Positions 43,633 to 53,966 of a DNA stretch of 64,000 bases are shown here, one piece after another. The DNA comes from Cyanidioschyzon merolae. Its lineage: Eukaryota. Made by a program: the position numbers and the translations under genes. The notes beneath the pieces were generated by a model, which saw nothing but the letters and a program-made list of their open reading frames with translations, had not been told where the DNA came from and ran no database searches. The stretch lies in NCBI GenBank assembly GCA_000091205.1, contig AP006499.2. The stretch is one strand, 5' to 3'. The first letter of the stretch is position 1. Every line of letters begins with the position of its first letter.

Positions 43633-44610
43633 ATGTTGCCACCAGCGTCACCAGACGAGTGCCGGGTGCTGGACGAGTTCGAACGGCTCCTGGTGGAAAC
43701 GCGGCCCTCAGGCAGCTCGACTCTTGCGGAGGCGGAAGCGGAGCAGTCTCCAGACGCTGAGCAGAGGACGGCTCCCTGCCCAGACGACGACTGGGAACAT
43801 ACAATCGAAGCGGTTCTTGGTCAACTGCAGCAGACTGGTGTCGCTGAGAAGCTTCCGCTCGGTGTCGGCGACGAGGATGTGCACAGGCCCGCCGACAGCT
43901 CCGCGCGTGCCGAGTCAACCGAGCAGCGCGAGGACGAGCGCGCTGATGCTGAACTCGACGCAGCCCTCACCCAGTTTGTAACCGAACTGGGGGCTGTTCC
44001 CGGACCCACCGCAGCGGGAACGGGTGGCAAGGCATCCACCTCGAATGGGACAGGCGCGAGCGAAGCGAATTACGCGGCTGGTAACGAAGTCGAGTCGCTG
44101 ATCAGCAACCTCGTGCAGACGATTCTCTCGAAGGATGTGCTGTACGCACCAATGCTGGAAATCAGAGGCCTCTACGAGTATTATCTGAACAAAGAGGAGT
44201 GCACAGCCGGCACCGATGGCGAAGCTCATCTGGCGCAAGCCGACCTGGAACGCTACCAAGCCCAGTATACGTGCGTGAATGAAATCATTACGTGTTTAGA
44301 AGACGAGAGTCTGTCACCCGGAAAGCAGACTGAAATGCTCATGGATCTCATAGCGCGGATGGAGAGCATGGGTGATCCGCCACCGGGCGTGCTTGAGACC
44401 ATGAACGTGGCTCGAGAGCGCCAGAGTCACGAAGCTGCCCTGGATCAGAGCCGCACGGACAACAACGCAGACCCCGAACAGGTTATGGCGATCCTGGAGA
44501 AACTTCTCCAAGAAGTAGCCGAATCACCAAGCGATGCTTCGGCAATGGCGAAACTGCAGCGCGCTTTACAGGATGCGCCACCAACTTCCAGCGATTGCCG
44601 ACAACAATAG
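43633..44610 (+). CDS. PEX19: Peroxisomal biogenesis factor 19 (PEX19) with C-terminal CaaX box
   Basis: Core …LVQTILSKDVLYAPMLEIRGLYEYYLNK… matches the conserved Pex19 motif (LLSKEVLYPSLKEI…KYPEWL). Acidic N-terminus, ~325 aa, and a C-terminal CRQQ-stop farnesylation motif, as in PEX19 orthologues. Confidence 0.75.
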   Translation: MLPPASPDECRVLDEFERLLVETRPSGSSTLAEAEAEQSPDAEQRTAPCPDDDWEHTIEAVLGQLQQTGVAEKLPLGVGDEDVHRPADSSARAESTEQREDERADAELDAALTQFVTELGAVPGPTAAGTGGKASTSNGTGASEANYAAGNEVESLISNLVQTILSKDVLYAPMLEIRGLYEYYLNKEECTAGTDGEAHLAQADLERYQAQYTCVNEIITCLEDESLSPGKQTEMLMDLIARMESMGDPPPGVLETMNVARERQSHEAALDQSRTDNNADPEQVMAILEKLLQEVAESPSDASAMAKLQRALQDAPPTSSDCRQQ

Positions 44611-45532
44611 CTTTCATGCGCGGTTGCCAGTGGAGTGCACTTTCATGCAAGGTTTATTCAAGAGCGTGGCTCTCGGTATATGAGCGAGCTCAGGCGGCGT
44701 TGATGAAGGACGCGGCCGCCACTGTCCGGCGTATACGAAAGTGGAGTACGCGTGGCTCATGCGCTGCCCATGTTCCATCAATGCAATGGTGCAAGTTCGG
44801 GTTCCGAGAGCCCTAACACAGCGCTATCCAGCTTTTGCTCCAATCAGAACTGAAAGCGAATGCTGGACTTGCCTTTTTTTGGATAGTGTTCGAAGGACAA
44901 GCGACCGCGAAGCGGCCGCATGAAGCACGCGGTCGGATCGCAGGCCTCGAGACACTTGAAGACGCGGCGGTGACGTCCACCTGGCGTTGCAGCAAGCGCC
45001 TCTGGTGCACTCGCCTTCCGCAGGGTCGCTGTTTCGGGTCTCATTTCTCCAGGGCAGCACGATTTGAGAGCAACACAAACGCCGACGCATCTGCCGACGA
45101 GATGGGCGCGCTGCCCAGCCAATGGCTAAACCTGCGTATCCGAAGGAATCTGGTTCAATGCATCGATCGCAGAGTGTGTGCAAAGCATTTGCTACGCGCC
45201 GCAGCCTTGCCTTGGGGTGCAGCGTATGTGCCAAAGCGTGCTCTGCGTCGTGCTAGCCTCGGATATACATAACAATAAATCGATTTAGAAACACAGATGG
45301 ACAATATGCACCGACATACGCATGTACAACGATGTCTGGCGTACATACGGTTATGGAACGCTCGTGTCCGTGCAGTAGACGAGCGCAACGCGCTGCAAAC
45401 CGCTCAAGACTCGTGATATCGAGGCGCTGGCTCCCCTGGAACCCTGCTGCTGTCACTTTTGCAGCAGCACATAGCGTTCATTTTTCCACGACATACTGCG
45501 ATGATGCGCTTCACCGCGTGCCAATGCTAGCC

Positions 45533-46009
45533 TCAACGGTTAATGCCAAATATGCGTACTCCGTGCATAAATGGCAACTTTGCGACAAAGACAACGAGAA
45601 ACGCAATCAGGTTCACGGCGTGTACGAAAAAGAATTGTCGTTCGAAAGGCGTGCTGTGCACCGCGGCCAGATAAAGGAAGACCACAACGCAGATGAGAAA
45701 CTTTCGTGACGGCGTATTCTGGACGCTGCCGTCAATCTGCTCCCACCAGGTTTGTTTTTCGCCCTTCCCCATCATATCTACCCAAGGCGTATGGAAGGGG
45801 TTCCCCTTGATCCAGTGAAACACAATAAAAGTCACACCCGCATGCACAACGTTCATAATTGTCCAGGACTCCATCGGGCTGAGCGAGAGACCCAGGCCAA
45901 AGAATATCCGAAAACTCGCAAGGAGCATAATGTAGAACGTCCAGCTTCCCTTGGCACGCAGCCACTCGACACCAACGTCGAAACGCGTCTCGCCGTGACC
46001 CGACTGCAT
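45533..46009 (-). CDS. ORMDL/ORM1-family sphingolipid-synthesis regulator
   Basis: 158 aa; …WLRAKGSWTFYIMLLASFRIFFGL…WTIMNVVHAGVTFIVFHWIKGNPFH…WEQIDGSVQNTPSRKFLICVVVFLYL… is colinear with human ORMDL (WLNSRGAWTIYI…[25 protein letters not shown]…WEQINDETLYTPTRKFL). Confidence 0.85.
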   Translation of the reverse strand: MQSGHGETRFDVGVEWLRAKGSWTFYIMLLASFRIFFGLGLSLSPMESWTIMNVVHAGVTFIVFHWIKGNPFHTPWVDMMGKGEKQTWWEQIDGSVQNTPSRKFLICVVVFLYLAAVHSTPFERQFFFVHAVNLIAFLVVFVAKLPFMHGVRIFGINR

Positions 46010-46130
46010 CGCGGCGAAACGACGTTGACCACGACTTTGGCGACGATGACGATGACGCTGATAACGAACAGCGCTCTCTGAACGCCAGTTTCAAGTGCCT
46101 CGTCACGCCAGAAGCTCTAAGGAAACGTTC

Positions 46131-46172
46131 ACGACAACGACGACGACAACAACAACAGCAACGACAACCACG
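46131..46172. repeat. (acg/aca)n trinucleotide microsatellite
   Basis: acgacaacgacgacgacaacaacaacagcaacgacaacca. Confidence 0.8.
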
Positions 46173-47043
46173 AAGGAGCGTTAGACGTTCGCCAGCACAC
46201 CAGCGTCGCGAATGCTCCGAAACGGAACGCCGGAGCGGAGCGCGCCAGCCCGTCCAGATTCGGCAACGCGACGTCGGGCGAATCGCGCAGGCAGCAGCAC
46301 GGCGCGCCAGCGCCCAGAGGCCTCCGTATGGATGTGTTCCGATTTTGCTCAGATTTTACAGGATGTTGACACAGGCCAGCGTGCCGCCACGGGGTGGTGC
46401 GCGTGCGATCCGCGCGCGGTGAAGAAGCATCCAGCATACGACATCGGAGAACGCTGGCCTAAGTAAACGTTTTGTCAATGAAAAAAATCCAGCATTCGAC
46501 GCCCTATGTCCAAATTCTATAATCCATGCTTCCTTCCGAACGGACTGGCCGTTCCATACGCTCTATCGTGCGCCGAGTGCGTGCGTTGCTGCATCCGCAA
46601 TAGAGCATATATCGCAGGTGCTTGTGCAGCTCGGAGATAGAACGGCTCTTCGATACCACCTAGGGCGCTTCGGCTCGAGGTATCATGCATTCAACACCGG
46701 ATCGCGTCTCTCCATCATTCTGGGGGCCTGCAAGCTGCGCAGCGAGACTGACTGCCCACGACAGCGCGAAACGATACGCAAGGAGATAACTGCAACCGGG
46801 GCGATACCTGGATGCATGCTACCCGCCCCTAGTCTCAAAATGAACCGCGTTACGGATGAGTCGCTGAGAGCTGACTACAGCTCCCGCCACTGTAGAAGAA
46901 TACGGAGCGATAGCCCGGTAGATGCGTCCATCTCGGGGGATCTTACGCCTAGCAGCTAAACATTCGACAATACGGAACGCTTCCCGCCCCTTTTCAACGC
47001 TTACCACGAAGGTGTAACGAAAAAATGGTCGCGTTGCTCGTTC

Positions 47044-48996
47044 ATGATTCGTTGCTGTTCTCGGTTTTGGGTAGCCAGTCGCGATCGATCGCGGATCGCT
47101 GGCGGCCGCACGTTGCCGGCGGGCATGAACGGCCGCCGCACCTGCATCCGCTTACGGAGGCGGCTTCTGGCCACTCGGGCATATCTTGAAATATTTCAGA
47201 CGCAGAGACTAGCACTTTGCGCTGAAGAGTTGGTTGACCGAAGAGACGTGAACGGCATGGAATATTCGAGTGCTCATTCCGAAAGAGGAACGACCGTAAC
47301 ACATGTGCACTCCAGTGCGAAGCCTGTTACGAGTACGGGTAGCGTGCAGCGAGGCACGCCGTCGCGATCGACGCCGCTGACAACGCCAGTACCGCCAGCA
47401 GCGGTTGCTGCACACCAGCAAACGCTGACGGGCGTCACTTCTGGTCTAGGGAGCTCAACTCTGTCGCATCCTGGTACACAACCGACGGCGGCGGTGACGG
47501 TGCAGGGCGTCAGCCCGGGGAGCCACCTGGGTGCGACGCAACGAGTTGCGGCTGCAGTTCAGGTCGGATCGCCTGTGGTGCATGTGGGCTCTGTCGGTTC
47601 AACGTCGACGGGAAAGTCACCTATTACTGGAGAGAAACTTGTCGCAGCGTCGCTTGATGCGCTGTCAGACTTGGGGCGAGATGTCGCACCGCACGCAACC
47701 CCCACAGTACCTGCGGGTGGCGACCTCGACGCCCCCTGTGTCGTTATTAAAATCGGGACCAGCACCATCATGCGCTACGATTCCGAAGGAGAGGCCGGAG
47801 AACTCGCGCTCTCGACCCTGGGCAAGCTGGTCGACTCCATCGTTGCGTTGCGGCGGCTGAACCACAATGTCGTGTTGGTCACATCCGGGGCAGTTGGGGT
47901 CGGCTGTCGGGAGCTAGGTCTCCGGAAGCGCCCCGATTCCCTTCGGACGAAACAGGCTATGGCAGCTATTGGACAGTGTAAGCTAATGCGCGTTTACGAT
48001 GATTTGTTTCGCTTCTCCGGTCAGACGATTGCCCAAATTCTCCTGACCAGGGAGAATCTGAGCCAAAAGCACCAGTATTTCAACGCTCGAAACACCATGC
48101 GTGAGTTGCTGCGACTAGGTGTCGTTCCAATCGTGAACGAAAACGATACGGTGGCCACCGAGGAATTGCGCTTTGGTGACAACGACCGCCTGAGCAGTCT
48201 AGTGGCCGGCATGGTCGAGGCCAAGTGGCTGTTCCTCCTGACCGATGTGGACAAACTGTATACGGCGGATCCGCGCCAGCATCCTGGCGCTGAGCCTATC
48301 GACATCGTCCACGACATGGAGCAGCTGCACGTGCGACTCTCAGCGAACGAGGATGCCGTGTCGAGTGAACAGGAGCAACGCGCGGAAAGCGATACCCATG
48401 CTGCACACGGCCCCAAATCTCAGCTTCAAGGTGGCCAGGTGCCGCGGGGTGGCACCCAGTGGGGCTCGGGCGGCATGGCTACGAAGATTGTTGCCGCGCA
48501 GCTTGCTACTGCGGCCGGTGTCCATGTTTGTATCATGCACGGCCGTCGTCCAGAGGGTATTCTGGAACGTGTTCTGGACAAGAAGGGCTCGTCGCGTATC
48601 GGGACGGTGTTCTTGGCGTCACGCGAACCGATTCGCGGCGGTCGCAAACGGTGGATCGCTCACGGCCTTGCCCCGAAAGGCAAACTCTACGTTGACGACG
48701 GCGCTTGCCGAGCAGTGGCACGCCATAACTCTCTGTTTGCTGCGGGCATTCGTGAAGTTGACGGCGACTTTGAAGCGGATACAGCGGTCTCTATTGTTCG
48801 CCAGAGCGATGGCCTCGAAGTGGGGCGCGGTCTCACGAATTACTCATCGGATGAAATCCGTCGCATCATTGGTCTGCACAGCAAGGAAATTCGTCGGGTT
48901 CTCGGGTACCCTGGTCCAGACGAAGTCATCCATCGTGATAATCTTGTTGATTTGCTGGGCACAATCAGCAGCAGTGATGCCGATGAAACGGACTAG
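47044..48996 (+). CDS. Glutamate 5-kinase (ProB/Pro1 type, with PUA domain) and a long Ser/Thr/Pro/Ala-rich N-terminal extension
   Basis: Kinase core …CVVIKIGTSTIM…VLVTSGAVGVG…VVPIVNENDTVATEELRFGDNDRLSSLVAGMVEAKWLFLLTDVDKLYTADP…; the PUA region is …KLYVDDGACRAVARHNSLFAAGIREVDGDFEADTAVSIV…. The true start may be an internal Met (the kinase domain begins ~aa 235). The ORF ends at TAG. Confidence 0.8.
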   Translation: MIRCCSRFWVASRDRSRIAGGRTLPAGMNGRRTCIRLRRRLLATRAYLEIFQTQRLALCAEELVDRRDVNGMEYSSAHSERGTTVTHVHSSAKPVTSTGSVQRGTPSRSTPLTTPVPPAAVAAHQQTLTGVTSGLGSSTLSHPGTQPTAAVTVQGVSPGSHLGATQRVAAAVQVGSPVVHVGSVGSTSTGKSPITGEKLVAASLDALSDLGRDVAPHATPTVPAGGDLDAPCVVIKIGTSTIMRYDSEGEAGELALSTLGKLVDSIVALRRLNHNVVLVTSGAVGVGCRELGLRKRPDSLRTKQAMAAIGQCKLMRVYDDLFRFSGQTIAQILLTRENLSQKHQYFNARNTMRELLRLGVVPIVNENDTVATEELRFGDNDRLSSLVAGMVEAKWLFLLTDVDKLYTADPRQHPGAEPIDIVHDMEQLHVRLSANEDAVSSEQEQRAESDTHAAHGPKSQLQGGQVPRGGTQWGSGGMATKIVAAQLATAAGVHVCIMHGRRPEGILERVLDKKGSSRIGTVFLASREPIRGGRKRWIAHGLAPKGKLYVDDGACRAVARHNSLFAAGIREVDGDFEADTAVSIVRQSDGLEVGRGLTNYSSDEIRRIIGLHSKEIRRVLGYPGPDEVIHRDNLVDLLGTISSSDADETD

Positions 48997-50805
48997 GTTA
49001 TGGACAGCACGTCGTCACGAACGGTGCTAAATGGAGCGCTGGATGCTAGGCTGTCGCCCATGGACCCGTAGCATTGAAAAGAGTTGAAACCGGTCAAATT
49101 TGACTTGCGTAGAGCGCGCTTTGCCTCGGATCTACTTGGTGCCGCAGGCGAGTGCTTTGCGCGCGTTATACAATGCCAGTGCGCAGTTCGAGCGTCGCGC
49201 TGGTGATCAGCCCGGGACCCGCGACCAGTTCAGTGCACGATACCACGCGCGCTCATAGAGACGTCGGACAGGACGGTGTCGGGGTTCCAGCGAAGATATC
49301 GCCAACACCGATACGCTTGACGTAGAACCCTGATGCGGCCGCAAGTCGGTGCGATTCCCCCGAAACAACGGGTGAACGAGGCGGCATCTGGGGTCTGTTG
49401 CCAGCGAACAGAGGCCGTGAGCATGCAATCGTTTCTCTGTACCCGTGTCAGATTAAAATGGAACGCTGGACTGATACAGCTGTTCGTGCACTCCGAGCTC
49501 CTTGCTCCGAAATGCTTCTAAGTGTGCAGTGTCGAGATTCGAAAAGCAACACTTTGGGTTTACGGATCGATCCGCAGCGTTAGGATTCTCGGTCGTCTTT
49601 TCGGATTCTTTTGTTCGACGCTTTGCAGCTGGAATTCGTTACGTCACCGGAATCAAGATGATTCGGGGCGCCTCAAACAAGAGTCCATGAAATAAGCGAT
49701 GTAATTATCCCGTTCACGGGGGGCAAGCCTCTGGGCTGCTCCTTCGGTTACGTGTAGCAGCGCAAATCACGCAGCCTTCAGGTTTTCGATTTTTCGAATT
49801 CATGGCAACTCGTGAGCGGAGCAATGCGAGCCGCTGGGTTCATAGCGACAGCCAGTCGACGTCGGGCGCTGAAGAACTTTTGAAGTCCATGTCGCGACGT
49901 TGCTGTACTTGCTATGTCACATAATCGATTGTGTGCGAAAGCGAAAACCCCTCTCTTTGTGGCCATCGGCGAAACGCCATTCGACATCAGCATCATGCCT
50001 CTCACGCGATATGCTCGCCGAGGTTCGCATCCCAACTATCTAAATGGAAATGCGTCTTGGACTCAGACTTGAGTTATCACGGCGACGGCTTGCAGTGGAG
50101 CGTGTGTCATCGTTTTGCATAACAGGAGCGTAGACGGATCGACATTTCTCGACGTGCTCTCCAGCCTGGGTCTTCCTTCTGGTGCCTTTTTCATCATCAC
50201 GTACACCATCGCGTTCCACAAATCGTCTACCGTATGGAACAGCATGCGCTCGCGTGTTCAAAAAACAGCGAACTCGCTGGGGAGATCGTACAGGAGAGGT
50301 CCGTGATCACAGGGTACGACACAAGGTGCGGAAACCGAGGTGAGCATCGAGAGGCGCCTCTCGTATTTGTCCAGACCACGGACCAGGCGATGATGGAAGC
50401 CTGCACGTCTCACATGGTGCCGGTCGGTGGAGGCGATTTGATGGACGTATAGGAACGAATGACCAGAAGTAAGTGTACCTGCGGTGAGAGGTGCAGCGAG
50501 GCTGTGGACAGAGAACATGAACATGGCAAGCGAATGGTAGATCACAACCTCCGCTTTGCATAAACTGCGTTGACAACATCCGGAAGCAGAAAATGTTCGA
50601 CTCGAACGCTGCCATCAATATTAGACGAGCCGTGAAGACGAGATCCGAAGAGCAGCGTCTGCCGAACATTGTGAGGCAGCCTCGCAGGCTCGAAGTGTGT
50701 CTGGATAAAGCCTGAAGCCGATACGAGGCTGCCCGACTCAGAGCCTCGGCGCGTGCGCGGCGTGCCCAGCACGATCGCCCGCGCCAGCGCGTCTGGGGCA
50801 GCGCC

Positions 50806-51696
50806 ATGCGTATGCACGACGCTGGAGTGGGTGTGTACGCAAAGGCTTCACTAGGGAGCGCCGTTTTGGTGTTGATTATGTTTTTGGTGCTCGCTGTAGC
50901 GTTCATTGGTCGCAAACGCTGGCCACTGGCGCGACAAGAGGTCCGATTTCGACCCGTGCGTGCTCGTCACCGCAATTGGTCCAGCGCCGCACCCCGTACC
51001 ACGCCGCAGGTAGCGTGCACGGCAACGGCGTCAACGAACGGCAGTGCGCCGAATGAACACCGAGATCGTCTAGTCCTTGTCGGGTTAGGCAACCCAGGAC
51101 CCAAGTACGAGAAGACGCGACACAATGCCGGGTTCCTCGCAGCTGACGCGGTGGCGCGCGCATACCGGGCACCAGCGTTTCGTCTGAACGAGTCGTGGCA
51201 GGCGCTGCACACCCATATCGACATCGGTCGCCAAGTACATATTCTGAAACCAATAACCTACATGAACCTGTCCGGTCAAGCATTGCGGTCTTTTTTGCGC
51301 GACACTTTCGGTACAGGTTTCGAGCGAGAGACCGAGTGGAGCACTCGGCTTCTCGTCCTGGTGGATGACACTGCGCTTCCATTCGGCAAGCTGCGCCTCC
51401 GCCTACGAGGCAGCGACGGTGGTCACAATGGTTTGAAAAGTATTGCCCAAGCGCTGCGAAGTGAACGCTACAGTCGACTGCGAATAGGCATTGGCGGCGA
51501 TCATCGGGCGGGCAACGGGAGCGCCGTTGACTACGTGCTGAGCGACTTTAGCCGAGCAGAATGGCGCACCATGGAAGAGCAGGTCCTGATCGACTGTGTC
51601 CAGGTTGCACGCCACTGGATTGAGCATGATGATCTGGCCAAAGTTGTGCAATTCTGTAATGCCGCTCGAAGCACGATGCACATGCCGCCAGCTTGA
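50806..51696 (+). CDS. Peptidyl-tRNA hydrolase (Pth family), with N-terminal extension (possible organellar targeting)
   Basis: …LVLVGLGNPGPKYEKTRHNAGF…YMNLSGQAL…LLVLVDDTALPFGKLRLRLRGSDGGHNGLKSI…RLRIGIG… are the classical Pth motifs. Confidence 0.8.
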   Translation: MRMHDAGVGVYAKASLGSAVLVLIMFLVLAVAFIGRKRWPLARQEVRFRPVRARHRNWSSAAPRTTPQVACTATASTNGSAPNEHRDRLVLVGLGNPGPKYEKTRHNAGFLAADAVARAYRAPAFRLNESWQALHTHIDIGRQVHILKPITYMNLSGQALRSFLRDTFGTGFERETEWSTRLLVLVDDTALPFGKLRLRLRGSDGGHNGLKSIAQALRSERYSRLRIGIGGDHRAGNGSAVDYVLSDFSRAEWRTMEEQVLIDCVQVARHWIEHDDLAKVVQFCNAARSTMHMPPA

Positions 51697-52194
51697 GCAC
51701 GCATTCGCCACGAGCGCGCTTCCATGTCCAGAAGGATATGCGTGCACGCATCCACACGTGTCCGTCGTGGTGACGTGTCCCCTGAGGTTGCGCGCAATGC
51801 CGGCCGCAGGTACCGCAGATACCGCAGATTCCCTGAGAGACACGGATGCTGTCGCTCGTGACTCTCGCGCAGCACTGCGACATGCTGCGATGCGTACCCC
51901 CGAGCTGGAGTCGTTGTAGCACGGACACGAGTAATGCGAATCGCCAATGCGCTTCTGTCTCTGAGGGCAGCTCTGGTACTGTGCTTTATCATCCGCGATG
52001 CGTGCACATCTTAGCTCTGCCAGTGATCAGAACGGAACCACACAAGGGCAGGCATGCACGAGCGTTCATGACCTTTGTGCTACAACCAGTTGAACGCACG
52101 TGTCAGACGATGAAATCAGATGCAAGATGCGTCTGCGGGACGGTGCATCGGATCCAAGGGCGACGGCGAGATACCAGCGTAAGAACCGGTTCTG

Positions 52195-53535
52195 CTACAA
52201 GCTATCGGTTCGAGCGCACGATGTCGATGGAGCATCATGATTACAGGCTATCGCGGCCCGGGCTCGAGCACGCTGATTTTCAAGCCAAGATTGAACCGGA
52301 GGCAAGCAATCTGCCAGCGCTTCCCCGATCGCCCGCAGATAGTCGCGATGCGGCCGGCTCTGATCCCGCGCGTGATCACGCAGCCAGCGGCGTAAACTGG
52401 TGCGGATCGCCCACCCATCGAGTCGGCAGTGCGCCGCGAGCATTTCCTGCAGTGCAGCCTGGACAGCGTCCAGCGTGGTCTGCGCGGCACGCACGGAACC
52501 TGCAGTGCTTAGCGCAATGTCATCGATCCAACCTCCCTTGCGGCGGGCGCGAAGCTCCACTTCCACGTGCAGGTCAGGGCACAGCGAAACGCCTTCAACT
52601 TTGACTCGAAATGCGGGAGTCTCACCGAGGATCCACTGCGGGTCGGCTAAGCGATCAGCTATCTCACGAACAGCGTCCCAGTCAACTTGGGCAACTGAAA
52701 GTACTTTGGCGTCAAAGTCCATTCGGAATTGCCGCACGCACAGCTGCGCAACTCGGTCGACATCCATCGAAGGCACCATGTCGATAAGATTTCCGACTCG
52801 TGCGCGGACACTCGGCGTACCACGTACATCCGCAAACGTAGTCCTCAAGCCGGCCGACATCGGTGAGTACCAGCGCGTTGACGGGCCGACTTGCCCGGTC
52901 TCAGCAGCGAGTTTCGCCACCGCGTGCCGCCGATGAGCAGCCGCGATGCCCGAACTTTCGCTGCGCGTGGTCGGCGTCAGGAGGCCGCGCAGACGACCCA
53001 AGTCTGACCGGATCAAAAGAGTTCCGTGGTGTAGCGCAACATCGCCGGTCAGCCGATATGCGGAGCCGCTCACCTTGAACCCGTCGCACAGAATATCGTT
53101 ACGCTGGTTAATCTCGAGGTGCAGGTCTCGAAACGCTCCTCGTAGCGTATTCGCCAGCCACTCCACGTTACCCCGCCGGTTAAAGTCACTTTTGGGCGAT
53201 ATGAAGCTAAAGTTTAGGTTGCCGAGATCGTGGACGACTGCCCCACCTCCCGAGAAGCGCCGGGCAAGGAACGGCTGCACCAGTGCGTTCGTGCTTCCGC
53301 TACTAATAGAGCCGTCGGCTGCTTCAAGTTGTGCAAGTAACCAGAGGTTGCTCTCCGTCCAGGGGTTTTGGTTTCTCCCGATCACTACGGACGGACTATT
53401 GCGGTACAGCAAGAGCACGTGGCTAACGTGGTGCTTCTCAAGCGCGTGCCGAAGCAGCCACTCCTCAAGAGCGAGGTTCTCGAAAACACAAGTGCGCTCC
53501 GAGCAGAGCACAGCTGCTGCTCGCCTCAGCGTCAT
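52195..53535 (-). CDS. Lipoate-protein ligase (LplA family)
   Basis: …VFENLALEEWLL…LLLYRNSPSVVIGRNQNPWTE…RRFSGGGAVVHDLGNLNFSFI…KVSGSAYRLTGDVALHHGTLLI… matches the LplA catalytic domain signatures. Confidence 0.8.
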   Translation of the reverse strand: MTLRRAAAVLCSERTCVFENLALEEWLLRHALEKHHVSHVLLLYRNSPSVVIGRNQNPWTESNLWLLAQLEAADGSISSGSTNALVQPFLARRFSGGGAVVHDLGNLNFSFISPKSDFNRRGNVEWLANTLRGAFRDLHLEINQRNDILCDGFKVSGSAYRLTGDVALHHGTLLIRSDLGRLRGLLTPTTRSESSGIAAAHRRHAVAKLAAETGQVGPSTRWYSPMSAGLRTTFADVRGTPSVRARVGNLIDMVPSMDVDRVAQLCVRQFRMDFDAKVLSVAQVDWDAVREIADRLADPQWILGETPAFRVKVEGVSLCPDLHVEVELRARRKGGWIDDIALSTAGSVRAAQTTLDAVQAALQEMLAAHCRLDGWAIRTSLRRWLRDHARDQSRPHRDYLRAIGEALADCLPPVQSWLENQRARARAAIACNHDAPSTSCARTDSL

Positions 53536-53966
53536 TCTGGTGGTAACGCGTCAGTACGCGTAGAATCATCGAAACCCGTTTTCCAAATGAGACCCTACGT
53601 TCATCGACAGGTTCCGGCACTTGCAGGATACGAAGAACGAGCGGAACAGTCAGTGAGTCAGTCTGCGTAGTACCAGGCTGGCCAGCTGGCGAACCAGACA
53701 GATACAAGTCTGGCGGATACCGCACCCCCAGACGCAGGAATGCTCCGCGCGTAGACTGCGGGATCGCCAGATTCTGCGCCCCATTGAGCGCATGCCTTGC
53801 CTTACCTTCCCATACCGTTCTTTTCTGTACTTTATGGAAGCAAGCGGACAGGTTTGTGGCGGATGCGTTTTCGCCTGCCGCGATCTGGCAACGCCGCGCT
53901 GAGCGCGGGCATGAGCACCCAACCGGGCAGACGCTGCGCGCCCGACACTGTGTGCATTCCATGACT